Shown here piece after piece: positions 51,690 to 64,000 of a stretch of 64,000 nt of DNA. The notes under the pieces are model-generated. The model was not told where the DNA came from and did not search any database. It saw only the letters and a list, made by a program, of their open reading frames with translations. The number at the start of each line of letters is the position of its first letter. Position 1 is the stretch's first letter. Position numbers and translations under genes: made by a program. The stretch is from Lama glama (Eukaryota): positions 51,710,001 to 51,774,000 of the forward strand of contig CM052816.1 of the NCBI GenBank assembly GCA_028534125.1, in the 5' to 3' direction.

Positions 51690-52090
51690 CAGCATCCTTG
51701 CCTCCTACCAAGGCAAAGCTCTACCTGAGAGCTCACTCTTGTCCTGCAGTGCTGAGGAGTTCATGCTGGGGAGCAGCCCTCAGCCAATGCAGGGTGGGGA
51801 TTGGAGGGTAAAAACCCCAGCTTCCTTGTCTCTGGAAGGAATAACTCAGGCTATTCTTCACAAACTTTAATGTTCTTATGACTCACCTGGGAATCTTAAT
51901 AAAATTCAGATTCTGATTCAGCACATCTGAGGTTGAGATTCTGCATTTCTAATGAGCTCTCAGGAGATGCCAATGCTGTTGGTCTGAGGACCACAACTTG
52001 ACGCTACCGGTGCTTTCTGCAGTTTTCTCCCAAATTAACTGCTTGCTCTCAAATTCCTGTTGGAGGCTCTGCTTCTAGGGGAAGCATTTT
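51690..52090 (+). mobile_element. LTR16-like ERVL LTR with an inserted MER5A (about 51870-52000)
   Basis: ggggagcagccctcagccaatg..accccagcttcct. The MER5A block reads cagattctgattcagcacatctg..ctgcatttctaatgagctc..gaggaccaca. Confidence 0.7.
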
Positions 52091-52859
52091 TTTCTGTTTC
52101 GTCTCTTATATTTCCTGCTCCTTGTTCTCAGTTTTCTCAAAGCCTGACCATTACCTTGCCATGTGACCCTAGAGCAAATTATCTCATTTCCTCATGTCCA
52201 GAATGAGGGGGTTCGACTGTCTAGCTTCCTTCCCTCTCCAACATTCTAAAGATGTTCTTATTATTCTAGTGATTACCATATTTTCCACACTCTTCTTGAT
52301 CAGCTTTCCTGCTCTTGTGCATGAACCTCTAAAATCAATCTGGCTTCACAGCCTGCTCATTTTCAAAAGATGTCTTGAAACAGAAATGGAAAGTAGAAGC
52401 TTTTCCTTCAAACAAAATAGCAAAAATCCTTTATAGATAAAGGATATATCACATACAGATGACATTTTCATTGTCAAAGAGGAAAAGAAACCATTCAGAA
52501 AAAATAAGAATAGTAGTTTCAGGCAGAGGCTATGAAAATTCAAAACCAACAAAAGCTATGAAACCATAATCAAGATATCTAAATAGAAGATAATACATAC
52601 AACACAACATGACAGTGACTTTGTATACTGTGTCTGCTTTTTGATCAAACATCCCTAGACATACATATACAAATTCATGCTGTCCCCTCCCAGATAATTA
52701 CTTTGGAAAGCTACCAAGTATATGTATAAACCAAGTATATGAGCATTTACACAATATTACCACTTTAGTCACTGTTTTTTATCCAAAACAACACATACAT
52801 TATTTCAATAACTTAATATATTCTCTAAAATATTAATAAATGAAATTCACACATGTTAA

Positions 52860-53265
52860 CTGTCAGTTATTGCTGTGTAACAGTCTCTCCATCACAGTGA
52901 CATACAGCAGTAAGTAACTGTGTCTCATTCACAAGTCTGCATGTCTATTATGTGGCTCAGCTTCAGGCTGCAAGTCTGCAGGTTGGCTGGAATGACTCTG
53001 CCATACGAGAGTTCAGCCTGGCACTCAGACGCTAATGGGGCAGTGGCTCAGGCATAGCATCTTCTCACTGCGGAGATCAGGTGTTCCTGAGAGCAGGAGC
53101 ACGTGGTACCTCAAAGAGCTCAGTTCAAACTGGCACCCTGTTACCTCCCCACATTACATTCCAAAGCAAGTCACATGGCCAGGCCCAGCATCAATAAGTG
53201 CCTCTTATGGAGTTGTCAATAGACAGAGTGAACATGTGCTGAACAATGATTTCATCTGCCAAGAT
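52860..53265 (-). mobile_element. MLT1 (old MaLR) LTR
   Basis: tgtcagttattgctgtgtaaca..ccaaagcaagtcacatggccaggcccagcatcaa. Confidence 0.75.
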
Positions 53266-54477
53266 ACTATTAAGAACTCAAGGCAATTTCCAGTGAAGAA
53301 TGCCAAAAATGATATGTATTATAACACTGTCATTGGAATTACTGTATAACTACGTAAAAGAACCATCCTAGGAGCACAAGTTTTAGTTTATTTGTTTAAA
53401 AAAAAAAGTCATTTTTATGCTTTTTATAAAAAAGTCAAACTTCATACTTACCTAACTGAATGCATCCAATTTATGCTTCTATGGGATGGAAACCTACCTA
53501 GAGGATCCTGTAAAGTTATCAAGTCCGTGTTTCCCTCACTCCTCTCCTCCATTAAAAAAAAAAAAAATCTTTAGAAGGGGAAGCAAAATTACCAGAATCT
53601 GCATTTTGATGTCTCATATGGGGCTTGGTAGGCCATCTACATAGAGATGAAAAAGCAGCACCAATTTATTGGAGTCAATTAGACTTTATGGTAAGTCAGG
53701 AGCCCTGAGTTCAAGCCAAGTCCTCTACTACCTTAGTTCCTGTTACATCAGCTGCCTGCCTGGCATGTTGCTTCCTCTCAAGGCTTCCATTTCTTCACCC
53801 ATCAATGCAGCCAGCCCTAACAACATGACACCTGTGGCTCTATAATATGCTGGAGGTTTCCTGGTGCCAAGTTTCCTTAATGGGAACTGCTTTGTAAGTC
53901 ATTGATTTCAGCTCTAGAAAGTTTAACAGCTTTTATGTGCTAAGTTTAACAACGCAAACTCTCATTTAATGTTCTAGAGTCAGTCTGTCATAAAGAAATT
54001 CTCTCGGGATTTGCTGGGCTCAATTTTAAATGAGTTTCTAATTGTAAATTCTCTAGGTTGAAGCCTTCCCTTGTTGGGTGACTGATGTACCTGCAAACAT
54101 CAGCACTTTTTCTTTTTTCTTTTTTTTTTTTTTTTGGTTTGTTTGGCAGTTGGGGGTGGGGGTAGTTACATAACAAAGTGATGAATAACAGTGGTTTTTG
54201 GAGCCATTATAATATCCTAAGAATCAGAAGGTGGATTTTGAGCTGAGGGGGGAGGAGTGATTACCCACCCTACTTAGGAGTTAACAGCCAGAAAGAACGA
54301 AAAGTCAAATACTCTAAAAAATCAACTTCTAAAGCAAAAGATCTGCATTCTCTGGACAGCATTCAACCAATTAATTATTAACTCCCCACCGCCTGTCAAC
54401 TCTTCAAACGGACAATAATCTCACTATTCACTTACTTGGCAAACACCTACAGCACCTTAGCCAAGCCCACACTGTGA

Positions 54478-55310
<833 letters not shown>

Positions 55311-55347
55311 CTGAGATTGTTCACCCAACACAGGGATTGACCTAGAC

Positions 55348-55660
55348 CAGCGGTTCTCAAACATTTTAGTCTTAGGACTCCTTTACCCCATTAAATAAGT
55401 AAGGCTCCTGGAGAGCTTTTATGTAGGTTCTTTCTTTCCCTGTATTTACCATATGCGAATTTAAAAAAAAAATACTAATTCATTTGAACAGAACAAAAAT
55501 CCATTACATATTTTTATTGAAAAACAACTATTTTCAACAAGAACAAAAATGTAGAAGTGGTATCATTAGAGAAAAGATACTGGTTTACATTTCTGCAAAT
55601 CTCTTTAATGTCTGGTTTAATCACTCATTCTTGTATCTGCTTCTGCACTCAATTTTGTTG
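55348..55660 (+). mobile_element. Charlie1-like hAT transposon end in ACOT12 intron 1
   Basis: cagcggttctcaaacattttagtcttaggactcctttac..tttacatttctgcaaatctctttaatgtctgg. Confidence 0.75.
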
Positions 55661-57199
55661 CCTTCCACGCCCTCATGTAGTCTCTGCACAGGACCTTTGC
55701 ACTTGCTTTTCTTTTTGCCTTTACACTCTTCTCTGGGCCCTTTCCATCTATTCCATCTCCACTTAAATATCATTTCTAGAGAGCAGTCTTTCTTGACCAC
55801 CTGTTTTACATTGACACCCTTTCATTACTTTTTATCACAAAACTCTTTCTGACTTCCTTTACACCACTCAGCACAATCCATAATTATTTTGTGTATTAAA
55901 ATGTTCACCTTTTATTTCCTGCCTGGCCAATTAGCATGTAACTAAAGCTGGTTCTCCAGTGCTCAGAAAATATGAAATAAAAACCTCCTGATTATATGCA
56001 TGGGTAGCTGGATGAACAGATCCAGAAGTTGGAATCTCATTTCTAAAAGGAAGCCAGGCATTGCATAAGGCGCTTACTAGACTCAGCAAATGTACATTTT
56101 AAGTAAAATACATTAGATGAAGTACTAAAGCTGGAAGGAGCTTTAGATCATGTATGTTAGGACTCTTACTTTATAGAGGACAAAAGTAAAACTCAGATGA
56201 TTACAAAATCCTGCTTTCCTCAATGAGTGTTCATAAAGTTTCTAATCCCCCGTGTATTAACCACCGGCAGAATTCAGTCATATAGCCGATGCCAGTCTGT
56301 TTTCTGTTTGTTGATAGGTCTGTTTGATTTCTGTCGTAACAGTTTTTATCAGGATTTGAGATCAGTTATAATAACATATAATAATGGAGACATGAATATA
56401 AAATTCATTCGCATGTAAGAGAAACAAGTATAGAAAATTTTGAGGTTGCTAATAATAATGATGCCTATTGCCAAGGTAACTGATTTTATTATGTAAATTC
56501 TGAAGTGACTTTTAAAGTTACCTCATTTTGTGCTTCTGTCCTATAATGGAGAAACAGTTGCCCTCCTGCAATTGTCATAAAAATTTCTATGGTTTTACCT
56601 TTGGAAATTCAGACCATAGAAGGATTCAGTTGATAACCAATTACTCTGGATCTTAATAGTTATATTACTAACAATACAAAATTAAAGAAGCCTTTATGAT
56701 AAAGTGGTTTGGAAACATGGCTAAGGCATGTGTTAAACACTTCATGGTAAGAAAAACCTCCACATAAGCAGAGGACATTATTTAGCCAAGGTGTAACTCA
56801 ATCTTAGGCAGAGAAATGCTCCACCATGGTATTTTATTTTATACAATAGGAATTAATCCCAAAACTGAGTTTTCTGGCATTTTTCCAACCAGAGTTCCTC
56901 ATTGACCAGCACTTCTGTACAGGCACATTACTATGATAAATAATGACCACAGTCATGGCCCCAAGGCACTTCCATGACCACCAGGTAGTTCTATATTGCC
57001 AAATCCCTTCTCAATATTTAAAGAAAGATTAAACACATCACTATCATTTTGGCATTAGATCATTAGCTCTCACTTCTGTCACTTAGGGCCCATTATTCTT
57101 CTAGTCCCTTAATCCTAGAGCCATCTATAGGTCATTCTCTACCCTCCATATCCATTTCTTATTTTGAAATATCCCAGATTCACATTTCCTTCTCTATTT

Positions 57200-59425
57200 C
57201 ATTTGTGAATCTTTTCCAGGGTTCATTCTCTCAGGAATGGCACCCAATCCATCCATTTATGCAAGTAAAAAATCTAGGAGTCATCCATCCTAGATCCTCA
57301 CCTTGCTTCTCCCTCCACATATCTGATCCATGAGCCAAGTCTTAGCAATGTGACTTAAAGCAATCACTCAAACACAAGTACTTTGTACGCCTCCAACTGC
57401 CACCTCTAGTCCAGGATACCATCATCTTTCATGTGGATTTCAGCAGTGGTTTCCAAACTGGTCTTCTCCATTCATTCTGGTCTCCTCTCCACACTGCATC
57501 TAAAGTGCTTTCTGAAGCTGCTTATCTGATCATGTCACATGTTCTGTTCATCTTTCTTCACTGTCTTCCTTACCAAGGGTTATAAGGGTCTCTCTTTCAG
57601 CATGGTATCTCTATCAGAAAAGCTCTCCCATGAATAACAACTATAAACTCTGAGAAAAACAAAGAATAAAAGCTACTTAAGGCAACTAAAATTGAACAAA
57701 AGCAGGCTTAAGAACACTTGGAAATAAACACTTGAAGGAACAGAATGGTACTGGCTAACTTTGACTTTTTAAAATATATATATATATATATAATTTTAAG
57801 CCTAAAGAAAGAGCCCAGGGTGCTCCCAGCTTAATCTGATGGAAATTAAGACAGACTTGCTGATTTGAAGAGTAAGAAGATTTGGGGGAAATACAGCTAC
57901 TGGAATGTGAGGAGGAAGACTGAAGAAATCAGAGAGTCAGAGAGGTAGCCCTAAAATATACCCACAGTCTTTGCTCAAATCTCTGGTGACATCTGAGTCA
58001 TGTATGTATAGGACAGACTACCAACTTCCTAGCTAAGGCCAAAAGAAATGAAAAGGGCTGGTCCCACCTCTAGTGAGACAGAGTTTTATACTGTGAGTTT
58101 AGCTTAAATACCTAAGTGAAAAACAAAACAATACTCTTCAGAGGATCATATAAGAACCTATATTTTCTACAATGTATCCCTCACAATGGCTAGGATACAA
58201 TCCAAAATTACTTGGTATACAAGGAAACAGGAAAGCATGGCTCATTCTTTAAAGACTATCAATGGAGACCAATCTCTAGATGACACAAATGCTGGAATTA
58301 AGCCTCAAGGATTTTAAAGCAGCTATTATAACTCTGCTCAAGAACATAATGAAAAATATAATAATGAATGAAAATATAATATAAATCTCAGCAGAGAAAT
58401 AGAGACCATAAAAATAATAACCCAATGGAAATTCCAAAACTGAAAACTTCAGTATCTGAAATTAAAAATTCACTGGATAGGATTAACAGAAGAAAGGAGA
58501 AGACAGAGAAAAGAGTTATTAAACATAAAGATAGATCAATAGAAATTATCCAATCTGAAGAACAGAGGGAAAAAATTAATTTTTAAAATGAACAAAGTGT
58601 CTGAGATTTATGAAAATAATATTGAAAGGTATAACATACTTTTTATAATTGGAGTCCCATAGGAGATGAGAAAAAGTACAGGGCAAAAACAAATATTTGA
58701 AAAAAATAATGGCTGAAACTTCCCCAGTATGATAAAAAGACATACATTTACTGATTCAAGAAGATCACAGAACAGCAAAGGAGATCACACATAGGTACAT
58801 CATAGTCAAACCACGATGAAGGGAAAATCTTGAAAACAGTTAGAGAAAACATACTACATGATACATAGGAGAATGGCAATTAGAAGCAGCCACTAACCTC
58901 ATCAGAAACAGTGCCATCAGGCCAAAAGATGGTGAAACAATATCTTTAACACTAAGTATTATAAAATTGTCAACCAAGAGCTTCGAGGCCCTGTGCATGG
59001 TCTATCCTCAACCTTCTCTTCCCTACTCTCCTTTCTTGCTTTCTCCATTTTAGCCACAAGAACCTTCATCAGAACCTCTGTAGTCACTGTTCCTTCTGGC
59101 TAGCATGGCCCCCTCCCTCCGCTCCCTCCTCCACAACATTCCTTCTCATCCTTCAGATCTCAGTTCAAATATCCCTCCAAGTGGATGCCTTCCCTGACAT
59201 CCCATGTAGGTGTGCTTCTTCAGTTACAGATCCTCATAAAACCCGTATTTCCTTCAGAGCACTTACTCATTTTGTTATTGTGTTTTCATTTAATTAATCT
59301 CTGGCTCCTCCACCAGACTCCATGAGAACAGAGATAGTGGCTGTTTTATATTTCCAGCTCCTTACATAGAGGCTGGCATAGCACAGGTGTTCAGTCAACA
59401 TTAGTTGAAGGAAGGAATGAATGGA
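57200..59425 (+). mobile_element. L2 element interrupted by an old L1 5'UTR/ORF1 fragment (about 57600-58980)
   Basis: L2 motifs lie on both sides (atctaggagtcatcc; ccttcagatctcagttcaaat..). The middle has ORF1-like aaagatagatcaatagaaattatccaatctgaagaacagag. Confidence 0.75.
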
Positions 59426-61572
59426 GGCACCACCATTTTTATCAGGCATCATACCTGGATTGCGTCCACTTAGCTACTGTTCCTCAGCTTCTCTGATTCT
59501 CCTGAGGAAATCAGAAATAGCTTTAGGGTTTCTCCACTTTTACTGGCATACTGCATGGAGGACGATCAAAATCAAAAAGCACAACAAGCTGGTCCTGTTG
59601 AATTCATACCTGTTACACTTGTAAAAAGAAGATAATCACATTGCAGGTGAAAATTGTGGCCCAATGTTGGTTCCCCACATTTGTAGTTTTTCTATTTTAA
59701 TTTAATGGCCCTTGAAAAAGTCTTTAACATAAAGCATGGCTCCTGAACCCCTGAAGCCTATGCTTACCCAAGCTCTCCTCTAGGGAGCATGTCTTGGTCT
59801 TCTCTTTTCTCAAAGTTCCTATTGCTTATATAGTCAAAATCACTATTTACAATAATGTATTTGATCTTTCTATGCCTAAACTTCCTCATTTGTAAAACAG
59901 AACTAATAATAGTATCAACCTCATGCAATTGATATGCACAAATACTTAGCTCAGTGTCAGGCCAATAATAAATTCTTAATAAACAATTATTATGATTATG
60001 ATTATGTTTCTTTATGATCCCTAATGCAGTCTAGTATAGTACTATATATACATAATAGACACCCAATATATACAGTAAAAATTAAGTCTTTTATTCGTTT
60101 TTGCACTTTATCATTTAAATCATTCAAAACTGGTAACTCATGTTGGTGTACATGGTAATACTTTATTAACAATAATAGTTTAATAAACTCAGCATCTCAT
60201 TCCCTTATGCCAGGTAACCAGAATGAATGCCTATTAGATACCCATTCGTCAAATTTTACAGCATATATTTGCAAGGGTCTCAATAGTTCTCTAGAAAACT
60301 TAAGCTGTAAAAGGACTCTGACTATGGCTAGATCTCTGTCACTGAGTGGACTCATTAAAAGATAGGTTAGAGTCAGCTCAGTGTCTGGCAATCAGTGGGA
60401 ATTTAACAAATGTTTGATACACTGAATTAAACTAAGCCCAACCTGATTATTTCTAGAGCCTGATACTTTTACATTCTTTCCCTCTCACAGAACTTTGCAG
60501 ATGGGAAGACTATCCTCCCCGCTCCATTACTCACACACAGAGTTCCACTATGGTTAGTTTTCTGGTAGCTCAGTTTATGTTATGTGCATATTTGGAAGAA
60601 CAGTTATTTCTAACTAATAAAACCAGAATGTCCAATTACCTCCAGAATTAGATCGTAGAGAGGAATGTTTTAAGTACTCACTCTCTGGAGTATTTCCTCA
60701 CATCTCTTTACCTGGGACTATCAATTAATATATATTTCAGTTACACTAGTCCACTATACACAAAGAATACAAATTTTGTATAGCTCACTGTCTCTTTTTC
60801 ATAATGTGGCACCAGGAGTGAAGTCTCCAAAATTAAAATGGAAAAGCCAATGCAGTCTGCTTGGGTTTTAATTGATTGCTCCTCAGAATCACATTCTGGA
60901 AAAAGCACATGTCAGAATTTTTCCTGAACAGAATAAATTCTGATATTTTTACATACAGTAAGTCAATAATCAAAACAAACAAACAAACAAAAAAAACTCA
61001 ACAAATGCGGATGGGGAACATGGAAATAACTGGACTCCTCTCTAACCTCTCTTACCCTACTCAATAATTCCCTCCTCCAGCATAATTAATGCATTGTGAA
61101 TTTTGTATGAATTTTGTAGTAATAAATAATAAATATTGATTAAATACCTACTCTGAGCCCACCTCTGTTTCTCTGATGCCCAGAGAAGTTCCTCTCTGAT
61201 TCCAGGTATGATCTTGGGTTCTTCCGTACTGTTCAGTGCTTACGCTAGTTAAGTGGTACATACTCAGCTACTGGCTATGTGGGATAACAGATACAGTTTT
61301 GATGCAGTTTTTTAAACAAAAGAAGGGTAGAACCTTACAAAATATTTCAAGTTGGCACCAACTTACTAAAGTTGCTATTTAAATAGCCAGATATGCTGAA
61401 TGTTGGTGTTGAGTTTCAAATCAAAGACAGTGTAAGTTAAAACTTAGGAGACAGTACAGTCACTTCCATGCGGTAGAAAAATAACTTCCTGTGCAAAGGA
61501 ACTGTTACCATTACAGCTCATCCAGAAGTGTGGGCACAGTATACTGAATGAGAGGATGAGTTACTAGAATAA

Positions 61573-61728
<156 letters not shown>

Positions 61729-62049
61729 TAAGTGGCATTGCTTTATCATAGCTTTCTCCTGGGCTTTTTGGTTCATTTGCAACATGTATTTGTGGCACCT
61801 AAGCTTACTAATTTAGAGTCAGTGATCCAATTTGTTAATAAAACAAATAACATTTGACCCAACTTAAATCAGTAGAACTAATAACAGCAGAACCTACTTT
61901 TAGTAAATACTCAAGTGTAAATTTAGTCCTGATTTTGTTGAGAAATAGCTCTTAGCATTAGATGCATTCTCGTATAAAGCATAGCAGGATTTCTAAAAGC
62001 TGATTCTTAATGGCTCCTTCCTCTACTAGAAGAATAGTTAATGATAATA

Positions 62050-63400
62050 GTATCTCTATGATGGTGAATTTCATCATTAGGTTGTTGGGTAAACATTAAC
62101 CCATCTGAGTAGAGATAATAAATTACAAAAACATTTTATGCGTGTTAATTTATAAAAACATTTTATATGTGTTTTACCATCTCTTATTGAAGAAAATTTC
62201 AAGATACACAATCTTTCAACCACATACAAAAGTAGAACAGCATCACGTAACCCCAGGGAACCAACACCTAAGTACGACAGTAAACAACTCACGGACACTA
62301 CTGTGTTATCAGTTCCCCTCCATACTCCCACACACACCTGGATTATTCTAAAGAAAATCCCAGATATCATCTGTGAATGTTTCAGTATATATTTCTAAAA
62401 GATAAAGGCTCTTTTAGAAAACATAATAACATAATCACAAAACCATTTACAAGAACTATCATGCCAATGATCTCAAAAAATGTTGTTTTAATTTAAACAA
62501 CTGGTTTATTGAATCAGGATCCAGTATGACTGATATGACTTTAACATAAAATTTTCCCTTTCTTCTTTTCTCTTGCAATTTATTTTTCAAAGAAGCCTGG
62601 TCATTTTTCATACAGAGTTTACCATGTTTTATATTTGCTCACTGTATCCCTATTTAACATGTTCTTCTGTCCTTTGTATTTCTTGTAAACTGATAGTTAC
62701 ATCTAAAAATTGATCTGATGAAAGTTTGATTTTTGATAAAAACTAGTTCCTTTCAAGAGCATATAACACCTAATGATCATTATCTAGAACCATTATTTCA
62801 TTAGATTCTGATAAAATGATAATATGCTAATTCTATCATTTCTTCATTTACTTTCTGAATATTTGTGTAGAAAGACTATTTATCTCACTAATTACTTGGC
62901 TAATCTGAGGCAAAGTTTGGGGAAAAACAGACTTCTTTTCCTTTATTTAGTATCATTATGAGCCCATGGATTTTAACATATTTGATGCATTTCAATTTTG
63001 ATGTGATTATTCTTATGGATGCTCAAAATACCCCATCTTTGGACAGTGGGAGCTTCTTCAGTTTGGTTCCTAAGTCCTTTCGATATAACCCCAAAGTTAG
63101 AAGTCTTTAATAATTCCTCTGCTTTCTGCTGTGACAAGCTGGGCTCATCTGTTACATTTTCTCACACAAACTTAGAAATTTTTTTCAAAAGAAATGGTAA
63201 GTAGTAGAACGCATAATCTGGGCAGGGAAGGTGCTCATTGATACAGGATTGGTCATTATTTCTATGTCTTTTCAGTGGACGGAATTATGAATTGTTTTTT
63301 TAAAGCATTTATATTAATAACTGTTTAAACTAGGATTATATGGTTTTACTTAATTTCTTTGATTTTATGTTTGTACTCTTTTTTTCTTTCTGAATGTCTT
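62050..63400 (-). mobile_element. Ancient L1 3' end (L1MC/ME-like), antisense, ACOT12 intron 2
   Basis: gattattctaaagaaaatcccagatatcat, ttgaatcaggatcca and tatggatgctcaaaataccccatctttgg. Confidence 0.75.
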
Positions 63401-63599
63401 AATCCTTAACGACATAAATATAACTTATACGAAAAAGGGAGAGAGAAGATCATCTGTTTCCAGTCTGGGATGGTTCTCAAGGTGGGGTATTTGCCACCAG
63501 TTTCAAACCCTAAGTATTCTTGTCCAGTGAGATGCCCAGTTCTTCTCTCACTGCTCACACTCTGCCTCATGCTATTACTGTAAATCTCTGCTAGAAACT

Positions 63600-64000
63600 T
63601 TACCAAACAGAGCTAGGAATTCTAGGAGGAACAAATTTAAGGAAAAAAGAAAACTGGTTTCGGTTTGCACATGCTTAGTGTGGGGATTAAGTTAAATTAG
63701 GTAATGCGTGTGGAAGCAGCTAACACTCAGCCTGGTAGAGCCTCCATAACTATGAATTGAACCTGCTGAGAGAAGCCTGAAAATGTGGCCCCGAGTTTCA
63801 AGAATGAGGTTCAGGCTGAAGATGTAGATTTGAGAATCATCTCTATAAAGATGACAGGATCATGGAAGAGAATGAAGTCTTTCAGGAAGAAGGTGAAATG
63901 AGAAGAGACTAGAACAAAGAACTTAAATTTGGGGGCTCTTGCCATTTAAGGGATGAACTAAGGAAGGGAAATCAGTGAAGGAAACCGAGAATGAAGAGAG
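63600..64000 (-). mobile_element. L2 fragment
   Basis: gaggttcaggctgaagatgtagatttgagaatcatc. Confidence 0.55.

Overview
Mammalian genomic DNA, almost certainly camelid (camel, llama or alpaca). The evidence is a Vic-1-type tRNA-derived SINE at about 10.9 kb and a young camelid-type L1 3' end at about 48 kb. Two + strand genes lie in the known SSBP2-ACOT12 tandem order. The last three coding exons of SSBP2 are at 1706-1734, 8292-8390 and 15596-15625 (...GSGDMDSISK/NSPNNMS...FQSES/YSPSMTMSV*), followed by a proximal and a probable distal poly(A) site. ACOT12 contributes its CpG-island promoter and first two coding exons (54826-54952, 61658-61727). The intergenic region is mostly transposon relics: a near full-length decayed L1 (about 24.8-31.1 kb), an antisense L1 3' fragment, an ERV internal region with its LTR, nested MaLR/ERVL LTRs, hAT DNA transposons, L2 and MIR. 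There is one 100-N assembly gap. I found no novel multi-gene system. The more interesting small-scale signals are a telomere-like insertion inside L1 ORF2, a candidate intronic-polyadenylation isoform of SSBP2, a CpG-retaining antisense LTR with TATA box and splice donor, an Asn at ACOT12 residue 21, and a perfect 13-bp hairpin in the putative long SSBP2 3'UTR. Repeat family names come from recalled consensus motifs, not a RepeatMasker run, and repeat boundaries are approximate.
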